The translations under genes and the position numbers were made by a program. Below, in pieces: positions 1-12,940 of a DNA stretch of 64,000 bases. The stretch lies in assembly GCA_964016885.1 (NCBI GenBank), contig OZ024743.1:295864001-295928000 (forward strand), written 5' to 3'. Within the stretch, counting starts at the first letter, position 1. Each line of letters starts with the position of its first letter. Source of the stretch: Eledone cirrhosa. Taxonomy: Eukaryota. The notes below the pieces were generated by a model. That model was given only the letters and a program-made list of their open reading frames with translations, did not search any database and had not been told where the DNA came from.

Positions 1-599
1 TTCCATATATTATTGTCTTTATTGGAAATCTTTTTTCCTAAATCCTTTTAGTTACGGCTCAGGAAAACATGCTTCTTCGTTAACCTTCCGGCAGTTCTTG
101 AATGCAGGTGAAGACTAAATCCCTACAAAGACGAACTAGAAATCAACGGAGATGGAATTATATTTACTCCAAATTATATGTTTCCTGAAAATTGTGTGGC
201 TTCTATGTAAGTAGTGTCAAATTTATAGTCCACGCAATTGTGCGATGATGGTGTGATACTGTACATTAGCTTTGTTCATAGACTCTAAGATGAATGGAAG
301 TTGTGTCTGAGCTGCTCTGCTTTCAATATTATCATTACAATCCATGTATTTAAAATACAGAATGCCAATGTATTTCAAATTACAATAATATTGTTATATA
401 TTGACAAAAGCCTACACATATTTCTTACTGGAGTAATTCACGTTAAACAGAATATTATTTGATTGTTGCTTCTCTTAAATCGATAGAATAAGAAGCAATA
501 ATATAACCCAAATGAATCCAGAATGAGGATGTAGTAACCAAGAGTGATTTGTCATGACCTGGTCGAAGTCAGTGGCGAAAGAGCACGTAGATATGGGTC

Positions 600-937
600 T
601 ATAACAGAATACTGGGTTGTATAAGTATAACAAGGAGACGTTGTTTGTGTGTATAATATTTCATTAACAATTTGTGGATATATAGAACAGTATAGGTGAC
701 AAGTCAATGAATAGATGAAAGAATGAAGCCAAGTTATTAGTTACCGTTCTGGTTGCCAGGCGAACGCGCCTTGCCGAAGGCCAGGAGCCGAAAAGGCAAA
801 TGAGAGAAAGGGAGCTGAAAGTTATTTGTTTTATAGGGTTCTGCCGGAAGTTACAGAAAGGGTTCTACTTCCTATCTAGAGAGCGTTAATCTACTGGTGA
901 TGTGAGTGTCATAACAAAGGAGGCAACTCCTGCTACA
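600..937 (-). repeat. 3' LTR (~340 bp)
   Basis: Near-identical to 2254-2605; adjacent to the PPT. Confidence 0.85.
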
Positions 938-2253
938 TTATCCCCCGCCAGATTTTTAAAATATAAAAATCGAATGAAATATGTATGTAGTAAGTTGGCG
1001 AGAATGTTGTAACAGGCATGAAAATTACGAAAAAACTAATGTTTGCAATAATCAATGATAGATATCAAGGTAGCCAACCGCTCTCGGCCAGAGAACGACT
1101 GGACATCTATATATCCATCACCCAAAGATACAATGCAATCAAAGTAAGAGAAGAGCTCAAAGTTCAAATGTTCAAAATACAGTTCACAGGTGTGCAATCA
1201 CATGACAGCAGGAAAGAAAGTGTGTTCCAGAGAATGAATGCAGGTGGTTTTTGTTCTGTGGTATAACGTGAAATTTCCAACCTCCGAATGGATTTTCTCA
1301 CAGGAAGAGTGCTGCAAAAATAAATTCTCTGGCTTGTTCTGCTGGTTTTGGTTGTTGATGAAGCTGTGTTGCTGTTGATGTTGTTGTCTCGCGGAGTGAG
1401 CGTATTCGATGTTTAAATTCACAGTAAAAAAATTTTTTTTAGAAAAAATGAGTTGCGCAAAGTGCTAGAAATAACAGCCGAAGTTGATGGTCGATGTTGA
1501 GAATGCGTTGACCTGGAAGGGTCAAGAGGCCAGCGACCAAAGAAATAAGCATTCTGAATAAATGCGCAGTTTTCAACGGCAAATTTACGTGGTAAATTTT
1601 TAAACCGGCAAATAGGAGAATATAGCTTAAGGCTGGAGAATCCTTGGCGAGAAACATTATCTCATGGCGCGTGGTTATCTCCGTGAGTCGAGAATTCTGC
1701 TGCCTACACGTGCCAAACAAGGTTAAGTTGAAAAAAAAATATTTCTATTGCGCCAGAAAATGATAGTGCAGCAGGTCGTTGGCAGCCATTTTGAAAAAAA
1801 TGTGTGTGTGAAAGTGACAATGATGAAAAAGAAAGAAAGGCTTCACTTAGTATAACAAATATGGCGAGTTCAATTTTTTTTTTTTTGTGAACTTTGAAAA
1901 AAATTTGAACGATGAAGAAAACGATAAAAAAAAGTAATAGTTGAGATTCATCGAAAATAAATGTTCATGTTGAAATGTTTAAAAAAAAAATCAAATTTCT
2001 TTTTTGTTTGTTTGCTTTTAAAGTGTTCGTTGTAAGAAAGCAACGAAAAACATATATATATACAGTGAAATGCGACAGTTAGTTGATGCGTGAGAGAAAA
2101 AGAGTCTGTCTGAACGAGAATTTCACATGTGCGTGTGTTCGTTTCTTTGACTGCGTATTTTCATAGTTTGTCAATAAAGTTTGCTGCGTATTCGTAATGT
2201 TACTCACACAACACTAGATTCTGCTATTTTTTTCTTTTTTCGGGGTCACCACT

Positions 2254-2605
2254 TATAACAGTATACTGGTGTGTATGAATATAACAAGGAGATGTTGGTT
2301 TGTGTGTATAATATTTAATTAATAATTTGTGGATATATAGAACAGTATAGTTGACATGTCAATGAATAGATGAAAGAATGAAACAAAGTCATTAGTTACC
2401 GTTTTGGTTGCCAGGCGAACGCGCCTGGCCGAAGAAGGCTGGCCGAAGGCCAGGGTCCGAAAAGCAAATGAGAGAAAGGGAGCTGAAAGTTATTTGTTTT
2501 ATAGGGTTCTGCCGGAAGTTACAGAAAGGGTTCTACTTCCTATCTAGAGAGCGTTAATCTACTGGTGATGTGAGTGTCACAACAAGGGAGGTAACTCCTG
2601 CTACA
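2254..2605 (-). repeat. 5' LTR (~350 bp)
   Basis: Near-identical to 600-937; followed by the PBS. Confidence 0.85.
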
Positions 2606-3960
2606 GTTCTGGCCTGGGAGGAGTACCGTAGTAAGGCTTGCAAACGTGCGAAATTGAGATTTCTCGTCACCCAAATCACTATAGAAAGCAAAAGAATCTA
2701 AAGTGAAATACTATGCAGTAACATATTGAGTTACTATCTTCAAACTAGTTGTTAGGTTTTAATGATAGGCATTTCCAGTTGACCTGAGATATAATACTGA
2801 GACGAGGAAGGTCGTATATCTAAGAAATATCCCCAAGATAGGATATTTGTGTTATTGTATGTAAATTATAATCTATTGGGGAAATATTAGTGGATACCTT
2901 GGGCACCATAACCAAGACTTCTCAGGGATTTCTCCTTCATATTTCGGACAAAACTTAATAAAGCTTCTATTGATAGATTTCGAGAATTATGAGGAGTTTT
3001 AGATAAATAGAAACAATTTAAAACAAATAGTTATATATCATAGAAACTGGGGCCACGTTAGGCAGTTTGTTATGAAAACGATTAAATCGTCATCGATCTC
3101 CATTTACGTTAACCTAAACTCAACGATTGCTTGTTTCATTAATAGCTTCTGTTAGACGCTAGGTTAAAAACTGGAATGAATAGCTTTTATTGGTTTGCTC
3201 TAAATGCAGTGAAATATATTCTCTATGATTTCATACAAATGGATATATCAGCCTGTGGACAGCATGTAAGCTTCTGTAACGCTTGTCTTACTCTATTACT
3301 TTATTACTCTATTACGTGTTCCAGCCGACATCTGTGAGAAAATTTGGCTTCAATGTTTTTTTCTTATGGAGTTGCTCCAAGAACCTAATTTTGATTCCAG
3401 ATTGTTGCAACTCTAAGTTAATTTAAGTTTGTAATATGTTTGAAATGCGCCTGATTGCTACGTAATTTTATTTTCCCCTTTTGTAACGTTGTGGTTATAT
3501 TGATTAGGAAAATACGCTGTGATGATGAGACAAACACAGTAGACTGATGATAAATCACGGTCAGGCTGATTTTATTTTTCGTTTCTTTTGGAAAAATTCT
3601 GGAAATTCATACAATCCGAAATCCCTTTCAACTACAAACTCATAGTATTATCGCTATATCAAAGGCAAATAGAAATAGTTTAGATGTTATCAATGTCCTA
3701 TTGAATGATGATAATTTTAGCTGATAATGTTGTTGAGAAAGGCATGGGTGTTACACAATCTCATATCGTTTTTCTCCCTATATATCTGAATTCCTGTTCC
3801 TATATAACGAAAATAATCGATACAATCATTAAGCTGTTACACAAAGAAAAAAGCTATGTAACAACAGTTTCGGTGTTGATTCTGTTCGCTCCTTCTAACT
3901 CTCTGGTGGAAAGTCAATACTTATTTTTTCCCTCCTATGTTGTATTTCGCTTATTCTCAT

Positions 3961-3991
<31 letters not shown>

Positions 3992-4814
3992 CACACACAC
4001 ACGCCGCGCTCTCTCTCTTTATCTATCTCTCCTTTTCTCATTCCCTCTTTCTAGCTATGTTTCTTTCTTTCTTTCTTTTTTCATTGCAGCTCTCGGTTTC
4101 GATAGTTTCCAAATTATCAAGTTAAGACGTTTCTATAAATGAATGTTGAACGCTTTATCAGATCAATGGCTATGAGTTCGTCATCGATTATGCTTATTTT
4201 TTTCCGTTATTATTATTTTTTGCAGGGTGGTTGTATTCATTCTCTCTTCTATTGATAGATTTCCTGTTATCTGATCATCGGATGGTGATGGAACACCTGT
4301 CGAAAATTAAAGTTTTCGATAATCAATGAGCAATTTACACACAGCCAGCTACTTTCAGCAGAAATGAAAACTTTAAGTGCAATAATTCTATCCGTTCTCT
4401 ACAAACATATAAGTCCATCACCCACCACAAATCTTACTGCTTCACCAAACATCTTAGTAAAAGGGTTAAGATAACTACGAAAGTGCTTTTGTTTCCTTGT
4501 TTGTTAATATACTATATTAACTTATTTATTTAACTTTGTTTAGTTAAGTATTTAAATAACAATTTATGATCAAATTAAAAAGTTCTATCGAAGTACACGT
4601 CTTTCTGAGTAGCAATTATCTTATGATTGATTTGTTTGTTTTTAATCATATTGGCTTTTGTAAAGAAAGAATACCTATTTTATCGATTAACCAAAGAAAT
4701 ATAGGGCGAAGCTGATGCAAGAACGGTTTTAAATAAGAATTTATTAGTATCGTACATTTCTTTTTATTTCCCTTCACATCTTAAATTTTATTTGATTATT
4801 ATAATGAATAATTA

Positions 4815-5830
4815 GGTGGCTCGTTGGGAGAATTGTTACAGCGTCGACCCTAATTTCTCATGGCATTCGACTCTTTACTTCAGAGTTCGAATACAGCCCA
4901 GGAAAACTCAGTCTTCCAGTGTCAATAAAATTAAATATTAATCAAGTGCTGGGATCGATTTAATCGATTAAACCTCCCTACCAAATTTCTGGCTTCACTC
5001 TCACGTCAGAAACAATTATAAAATATAATATGTGTGGTGGATAACGAATAAGCTTTGCATTATTTGATTACTTCAAGGGCGGTAGATTGGCAGTATCGGT
5101 AGAGTCGGACACCATGCTTTGCAGCATAGAGTTACGCCGCTTTACGGTCTGAGTTCAAATCCCGCCGAGGTTAACTTTGCCTTTCATCCTTACGGGGGTC
5201 AATAAAATAAAGCACCAGTAACGTACTGGGGTCGATTTTAATCGACTTTTCCCTCCCCCAAAATTGCTGGCCTTGTGTCAATATAAGAAACCACATTATT
5301 TGATTATTTCTATTTCCGTTCTGAGTTCAAATCACGTTCAGTTTTTATTAGTCCACGGCCACTAAAAAAGTACGCGGTAACAAATAAGGTTGATATAATC
5401 AATTATAACTCATTCCGCCGTGAGCAGCTACTGTTTAAAAATCATTATTATATAATTGGCAGTATCGGTAGAGGGTCAGACGCCATGCTTTGCATCATAG
5501 AGTTACGCCCCTTTATGGTCTGAGTTCAAATCCCACCGAGGTTCACTTTGCCTTTCATCCTTACGGGATCGATAAAATAAAGTACCAGTAATGCACTGGA
5601 GTAATTGCTGGCCTTGTGCCAAAAGTAGAAACAATTATTATATAAATGAAAGGAAATAGATTGGCAGTGTCATCAAATTTTAAAAAATCGAAAGAATACC
5701 TTGCGGTATTTATTCTGGTACTTTCCGTTGTATTTTTAAATCCCATTTCAGAATCGATAAGATGAAATATCATTCACAATTTAGATGACTACACCCTCCA
5801 CCCACATTTCTGGCAAAGTGCATATCTTTT
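4815..5830 (+). mobile_element. Cluster of 3-4 copies of an Octopus-type tRNA-derived SINE (best copies ~5077-5300 and ~5455-5640)
   Basis: Repeated body ctgagttcaaatccc(g/a)ccgagg…ctttgcctttcatcc…gtcgataaaataaagtaccag…gctggccttgtg with B-box-like GAGTTCAAATC; older degraded copies at ~4815 and ~5655. Confidence 0.85.
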
Positions 5831-7380
5831 AAACGATTGTTTTATAGCTGAAAACAATGCGTGGTTAGTGGGTGTGTGTATTTATGTGTGTGCGCGTGTG
5901 TGTTTATGTGTGTGTGCGCGCGCGTGTGTGTGTTTATGTGTATATAATTGAGCTAAAGCAAATAAGGATGTACCTCGCTAGGCACATAATATACATTATA
6001 AATGCGTGCCATTGAAGGTTCTCCATAGCTTACTTGTAGGTGTTTGGAAGATACACAAGTGAGAATCGAAATCATGACCTTCAATTTATCGAAGACGATT
6101 AAATCAATGCTTTTCTACGGGAAAAATGCAGATATGTGAATGTTTGGTATGCAAAATGGATTGCTCGAATGTAGGACAGCAAGTATCATTCATAGGGCGA
6201 ATCAATTATTGTCCAATCAGAATATTACATGCATGCACGTTCCAGAACATTTTCTTGCAGCATTATATAATATGATGTTTGGTGGGGAATATAGGTGTCA
6301 GACCTTTTCTACTCGAAACAAAAACAGCGAATTTTAAACCCTTTTGCAATGTGACGTATTCTGTGACTTTACTCATATTCCAAGATTTCCGTTGCATGTA
6401 ACAAAAAATAATAGTAATGATATAAATCCTATTTAATCTGAAAGTTTTTCATGTAATCCTGATGTACAACAAAACTCCTGGTTCAATGACAATATTTCCA
6501 AAGAGGTTTAAACAAAAACAGGAAATAGAAAAACAAAAGACAAAGAAGATGGCAGAATATCTGTCCTCCGGGGCCGCGGGGCACCCAACGCGTGGGCTCC
6601 CAGTTGCTCATAATAGAGAGAGATGAGGAGAGCGGAAGAGACAGTGACAGAGGGAGTTTAGTTCCACTGTGTTCGGACCTCATGTAAAATGTATATGTTT
6701 ATTTATCACATCACATTAATACTTCACATATATTTCCGTTTAAATAACTGAATAGTTTCAGAGACATAATTTAAAAGCCAACACTACTGTGCTATTGCTT
6801 GATGTATTTTCATCCAATGAGTGATACTTGTCGTAGTTTCGACTAATCCATATTGCTTGTGAAGCATCCACACATCTGCCTTTTTCCCCGAGTGGATGAT
6901 TTAAAATTCGTAGAAAATCTTTCATAAATAATATTAATTAGACCATCAAGTAATTAATTAACCATTCATAAATATATTGATACATTATAACATCAGCATC
7001 GAAGTACAAATATCTAAAAATTAAAATTAATATCTAAGTGAATAAAATCTAGTCCAGAAATAAAAAAAATAGATTCCTACATGATTCCTACATGCCATAC
7101 TACGAATCAAGTGTCAGATCTGGTAACTTAATACCCTAGCCAGTTTGCATTCACCAATGCCAAGAGCAACAACTGTCTCCCGCACAAAAAAAGAACTGTT
7201 ACTAGAGAAATTTGGACATATGTTTATTGGTCCGACTGATAACATACAAATGGAATTATACATCTAGTTTGTATATTTGCCTGAGAAAACGCAAGGCAGT
7301 TATTATACAACTGCCTTACATCTTCGAAATACGTATAATGAATGAAATAGGGATGTACGAATAAACCGTCTCTCTAAAAC

Positions 7381-7417
<37 letters not shown>

Positions 7418-7420
<3 letters not shown>

Positions 7421-7612
7421 TAACGAGGTTTTTTATATGAAATCGTGTGTCGAAACAGATATTGTTATACTTGGGGAGGGTCATATTTGCGAGTAAGTTA
7501 GATCGCAGATATAAAAGACAGCGAGAAGCGAAAACCAACCAAACAGTGAGTGTGTTCTGTTATTAATTCTGCCAATATTACGCAAATATGACCCTCCCCA
7601 AGTATAACAATA
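7418..7612. repeat. (TA)n-flanked fold-back remnant of a PLE terminal repeat
   Basis: Inverted repeat atattgttatacttggggagggtcatatttgcg … cgcaaatatgaccctccccaagtataacaatat. The same terminus occurs at 9198-9692 and at both ends of the 38072-40190 PLE. Confidence 0.75.
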
Positions 7613-7627
7613 TATATATATATATAT

Positions 7628-8976
7628 AAGTAGTTCCACGACATTTAATTCATCATTTCCGAGAACAATTATTTTAACGTAGTCGGAACATCAGCCCGGT
7701 TTAAATGAGATTATACGGAAAAGGAAAAACGGTTATACGAATACCCATGTGCAGAAGGAGTTACTGCCCAAAGGGGAAAGAACTCACTTTAGATCGATAC
7801 TGGGACACGACTGAGAAAACTCAAAATATAATAGATTATTCATGTTATTCAGTCCAGTGGTTGTCAGTCTAGGGCTTTGAAATTACGTAAAAGGTGTTTC
7901 GAAACGTGTGCACAACGTGAGTAAAATTCATTTTTTGTATTTAGACAAGCGCTATTAAGCGGTCTCCTCAGGATATTGATTCTTTCTTCAATGCACAGCC
8001 GTCAAGACCGATTACCATTTCCGTATGGCTTAGACTTAGTAATAACTTTCCATTGAATGGGGTAATCTGCGCCTGCGTCCTTGAGGGACCATATGTGGCT
8101 TGCGAGCTTCGTGGACGATCGTTTGTCCTGGTATCTGAATGTCGACAAATGATTCAGGAAGAGTTCTTTAAACCGGCCCTCCACCATACCTATATAGGAT
8201 TTGACCTCTTGTTGTTGATTTGGTCGGTTAGAAGTGAGTACAGCTTCATAAATTAAAGCGGGAGCGTTGCACTGTTGTTGAAGGTGACAAGCTTCAGGCC
8301 TTCGGCAAGAGCATCTTGGTGGGGCTCTGCTCTGAGGGTTGTTGGTGATGTGGGCCTTCATATTCTTAGCACAGGAGTGGCTGAGTTTCACCCTGTGTCT
8401 GTTATGGGGAAGTGCCTATCTAAGAGAGCTAAAAATATTTTACCTACATTAGTTTTAACATTGAGTGAGAGGGAGGGGCGAGAACCTAATTATTTTTCTA
8501 TTAGCACTATTTCTTTTTCTATTGCTGTTGGCGTTAGGAATGGAGTAAGCAAGTGGTTGTGAGAAGCCACTACTATCTAACGCCGCGTTGTAATAAGGTG
8601 TCGCTCTGTCAAAGATTATTTTATTAGAAGAGAGGTTAGAGATTCTAGTACCGATATTTTTCACGAAGTTTCTGAAAACTGTAGGTGGGTTGATTAAATA
8701 ACACGAATAATGTATTATATTCTGAGTTTTCCGAGTTGTCTCTCTAATCGATCTAACGTGAGTTGCCTCCTCTTTGGGAAATAACTTCTTTTGCACATGC
8801 GTATTCGTAAAATGTTTTTTTTTTCTATAATCTCATTTAAACCGAGCTGATGATCCGACTAAGATGAAACAATTGTTTTCGGAAATGGTGAATTAAATGT
8901 TGTGGATCTACTTCTACCAAACTCGTCTCATGGACTGAGTGCTCTACTACTACGGATATAACCGACCAGTGTTCTA

Positions 8977-8980
<4 letters not shown>
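7628..8980 (-). mobile_element. 5'-truncated Penelope-like element (thumb plus GIY-YIG) with an inverted pLTR copy
   Basis: Minus-strand ORFs 8455-8796 (RISNLSSNKIIFDRATPYYNAAL) and 8002-8391 (CSCRRPEAC…IYEAV…YIGMVEGRFKELFLNH) are homologous to the 59643 ORF. Segment 7630-7790 is inverted at 8750-8910. Both sides are (TA)n. Confidence 0.9.
8842..8882 (+). ncRNA. Minimal type-I hammerhead ribozyme (PLE pLTR); degenerate antisense copy at 7659-7699
   Basis: ccgag-CTGATGA-stem II-GAAAC-AATT-GTT-ttcgg; stem I pairs; palindromic stem III CAATTG. Confidence 0.75.
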
Positions 8981-9036
<56 letters not shown>

Positions 9037-9046
9037 TATATATATA

Positions 9047-9088
9047 TTTCAAACGATTTCATATCAAAAACCTTGCTAAACAAAAAGA

Positions 9089-9146
<58 letters not shown>

Positions 9147-9692
9147 TGTTTTTTTTTATTTAGCAAGGTTTTTGATATGAAATCGTTTGTCGAAACAAAT
9201 ATTGTTATACTGGGGATGGTCATATGGTTGTAATAATACTGTCAGAAATAATAACAGAACACACTCATTGTTTGGTTGATTTTCGCTTCTATATCTTTTA
9301 TATCTCCATAGATAATTTATTTGGCAATCAATGTTTATCATTGATTGACCAACAGTTAAAAATACAAATATAAATATATATTTATATATATATATATATA
9401 GTCTATCAAAGTTCTTTCGTTGCACATCTGCAACATCAACAGTGGTACTATTATGTTTCCTCCCATTGTATTGTATTGCAATGTCTACGTCATATGTAGA
9501 CTATATATATATATATATTTATATCTGTATTTTTAACTGTTGGTCAATCAATGATAAACATTGATTGCCAAATAAATTAACTATGGAGATATAAACGATA
9601 CAGAGGCGAAAACCAACCAAACAATGAGTGTGATCTGTTATTATTTCTGGCAATATTATTACAACAATATGACCCTCACCGAGTATAACAAT
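9047..9692. repeat. Non-coding fold-back PLE pLTR element (arms ~9198-9370 and ~9520-9692)
   Basis: Long imperfect inverted repeat with PLE-type terminus. It contains a degenerate minus-strand hammerhead at 9406-9446 (CTGTTGA-tgttgca/tgcaac-GAAAGAACTTTGA). Flanked by (TA)n. Confidence 0.75.
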
Positions 9693-9704
9693 ATATATAT
9701 ATAT

Positions 9705-11227
9705 ATGTAAATATGATAATAATGGAGCTGCGGCGCTGCAAATGGGTTACATATGAAAAGGTTTGTCCTCATCAGTGGCCTTCCAACCGTCGTAGGCATT
9801 TCGTCGCATTAAAGGCCATATACCTCAGGTTAGTGCGAGCAACGGCTAAAAAAAAGTCGTTGGGACACGTAAATAAAGGGGACGCTAGGGTAAACAAACA
9901 AAATGGTTTAAGCAGCAGAAAGTGATGAAGAAGGAAACAAGTCCCAGATTTCTATGAATATAAATTCGGTGGAATCGTGAACGAGAGAATAAACACCATC
10001 AAACCTAGTTGAAATGTGAGCAAGGAAGGAATTTCGCACAGGTCTAACGGGAGGAAGAAGGGGTCTGGTCTGCGAATTCGGTAAACATAAGTTCTGTGAA
10101 GTCGCAGACGAGAGAGAGAGAAAAAAAATTCATACCGGCTTGGCCAAGTACCCGCGAGAAAAGGATTACAGACAGGTCAAACGGGAAGAAAGGGGAGGAG
10201 GAGAGGTAGTGAAAAAGAGTGAGTGAGTGAAAGGTGAGGAAGAGGCTAACAGAGAGAGAGAGAGACTGCTAGAAAGGGTAAAGACACAAAGAACGAAACA
10301 GACTGGTGGCAGCGGAGGAAAAAATATATGTGTAAATATAATAATAATGGAGCTGCGGCGCTGCAAATGGGTTACATATGAAAAAGTTTGTCCTCATCAG
10401 TGGCCTTCCAACCGTCGTAGGCATTTCGTCGCATTAAAGGCCATATACCTCAGGTTGGTGTAAGCAACGGCTAAAAGAAAGTCGTTGGGACACGTAAATA
10501 AAGGGGACGCTAGGGTAAACAAACAAAATGGTTTAAGCAGCAGAAAGTGATGAAGAAGGAAACAAGTCCCAGATTTCTATGAATATAAATTCGGTGGAAT
10601 CGTGAACGAGAGAATAAAGACCATCAAACCTGGTTGAAATGTGAGCAAGGAAGGAATTTCGCACAGGTCTAACGGGAGGAAGAAGGGGTCTGGTCTGCGA
10701 ATTCGGTAAACATAAGTTCTGTGAAGTCGCAGACGAGAGAGAGAGAAAAAAAATTCATACCGGCTTGGTGAAGTGCCCGCGAGAAAAGGATTACGGACAG
10801 GTCAAACGGGAAGAAAGGGGAGGAGGAGAGGTAGTGACAGAGAGTGAGTGAGTGAAAGGTGAGGAAGAGGCTAACAGAGAGACAGAGAGAGACTGCTAGA
10901 AATGGTAAAGACACAAAGAACGAAACAGACTAGTGGCAGCGGAGGAAAAAATATATGTGTAAATATGATAATAATGGAGCTGCGGCGCTGCAAATGGGTT
11001 ACATATGAAAATGTTTGTCCTCATCAGTGGCCTTCCAACCGTCGTAGGCATTTCGTCGCATTAAAGGCCATATACCTCAGGTTGATGCGAGCAACGGCTA
11101 AAAAAAAGTCGTTGGGACACGTAAATAAAGGGGACGCTAGGGTAAACAAACAAAATGGTTTAAGCAGCAGAGAGTGATGAAGAAGGAAACAAGTTCCAGA
11201 TTTCTATGAATATAAATTCGGTGGAAT
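9705..11227. repeat. Tandem repeat, ~626-bp unit, ~2.4 copies
   Basis: ggagctgcggcgctgcaaatggg recurs at 9724, 10349 and 10976 with very high identity; bounded by (TA)n. Confidence 0.95.
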
Positions 11228-11309
11228 ATATATGTATATATATACATATACATATATATATATATATATGTATATATAGATAGATAAATATACACAGGTG
11301 TGTATGATT

Positions 11310-12114
11310 GTGTATAGAAGATTATATTAATAAGAGGAATTCCAACTTTGTCTGATTTACTCGTTTTATTTACAATCCTTTAAAATTTATAATGGTATTA
11401 TTATGAAATCAGTGAAGAGTGGTTTGTTAAGAAGACAGCCACCGGACCGTTACTATAGTAGCAGTTTTGGCCAATTTTTGCTCGACAAAATAATTTGGAG
11501 ATAATTATAAAGAATTAGTATATCTAGTAACATATATATACACAGATGCATACTTATGCTAGCAAATATATAAATTTTCTTATTTTACGTCTCTCATATT
11601 ATTGTTCTGCATCCCCATGCATTGAACCACAAAGTTACTAAGACAAAACCTATATATTTGCTAGCATAAGTATGCATCTGTGTATATATATGTTACTAGA
11701 TATACTAATTCTTTATAATTATCTCCAAATTATTTTGTCGAGCAAAAATTGGCCAAAACTGCTACTATAGTAACGGTCGGGCTGCTGTCTTCTTAACAAA
11801 CCACTCTTCACTGATTGACCTCGATGTCACGTGATTGATTATTTTGAATTTGCCACCGACGCAGTAGGCAGTGATTTTTTCAATGGCTTGGAATTTAGTC
11901 CACGCTTTGCTTTTTTTTCATCCACTGAATTATTTTTGTATAAGTTCCCTGTGTCCACGTATTGCCTGGAAACTTAGCTGAGAATAGACTTCCCTGATGA
12001 CGAAAGGCTTCTCCGTACGTTTCTTCGGAAACTATGTTTATTCCCTTTCAGAAACTAATTAGTTGGAGTGAAATTTTAGTAAGTAAGTTAATTTTATAAT
12101 TTTCTTATTTTACA

Positions 12115-12120
<6 letters not shown>
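11310..12120 (+). mobile_element. PLE-derived non-coding module with a ~165-bp near-perfect hairpin and a hammerhead
   Basis: 11406-11570 is the reverse complement of ~11652-11816; hammerhead at 11988-12069; (TA)n on both sides. Confidence 0.7.
11988..12069 (+). ncRNA. Type-I hammerhead ribozyme
   Basis: cttcc-CTGATGA-cgaaagg…cctttca-GAAAC-TAATTA-GTT-ggag; palindromic stem III CTAATTAG. Confidence 0.8.
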
Positions 12121-12202
<82 letters not shown>

Positions 12203-12220
12203 ATATACATATATATATGC

Positions 12221-12284
<64 letters not shown>

Positions 12285-12349
12285 ATATATGTATACATAT
12301 ATATATGTATATATATATATATATGTATATATATATGTATATATATATA

Positions 12350-12940
12350 TTACTCTTCTACTCTTTTACCTGTTTCAGCCATCCGGCTGAGGCCATGCTG
12401 GGGCACCGCCCTTGTTGCTACACATTTTATCTCCAGCCTGTATAGGTTAGCCACTGGTGTAAGAGGGAGTTTGTTGCTGCTGCCCTTAGGTTTCCCTCGT
12501 GTCTTGCTGTGGGCTCATCCGGGATCCTGGATAACAAGGTGTCGAGATGTTTCTTAAAGACATCCACCTCCACGTCATGCAAGTCTCTCAGATCCCTTGG
12601 CAGCCTGTTGAAGAGTTGAGGGCCCTTGAATCCCAGGCTATTGCAATACCTGCTCCTTATTCTAGATGTGGAAGACGGGACCTTTGGCACCACACAGTGA
12701 CGTCCTGTTCGACGGTTGGTCCAGCTCCCAATGCCAAAGTTTGGTGCTAGTCCCTCCAGGATTTTCCACATGTAGATCACTGCGTATCTCTCCCGTCTTC
12801 GCTCCAAGGAGTAGAGGTTCAGTTCCTTTATCCTCTCCCAGTAGCTTGTCTCCCTCATCTTGGCAATCCTCTTGGTGTAGCTTCGCTGGATTGCCTCAAG
12901 CTCCGTGGTTAATTTGACACTATGGGGTGACCACAACTGG
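12350..12940 (-). mobile_element. CR1-group LINE, 3' fragment with 3' tail
   Basis: ORF 12427-12936 (WSPH…LEAIQRSYTKRI…YWERIKELNLYSLERRRERY…[16 protein letters not shown]) is the typical C-terminus of CR1-type ORF2. The tail reads ggcggtgccccagcatggcc…gctgaaacaggtaaaagagta. Confidence 0.9.

Larger units (their letters stand above)
600..2605 (-). mobile_element. Small non-autonomous LTR retrotransposon (TRIM/LARD-like, probably Gypsy-derived)
   Basis: Direct repeats at 600-937 and 2254-2605 read TGTAGCAGGAG…TGTTATA on the minus strand. A PBS TGGTGACCCCGA (2240-2251, matches tRNA-Trp 3' end) follows the 5' LTR, and a PPT GGCGGGGGA (941-949) precedes the 3' LTR. Flanks ggtc/gttc are a near-TSD. 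The 1.3-kb interior has no intact pol. Confidence 0.85.

Noticed and set aside
9713-11177. Three similar 70-91 aa ORFs resembling a small gene family
   Set aside because: By-product of the 626-bp tandem repeat; stops differ between copies and there are no recognisable motifs
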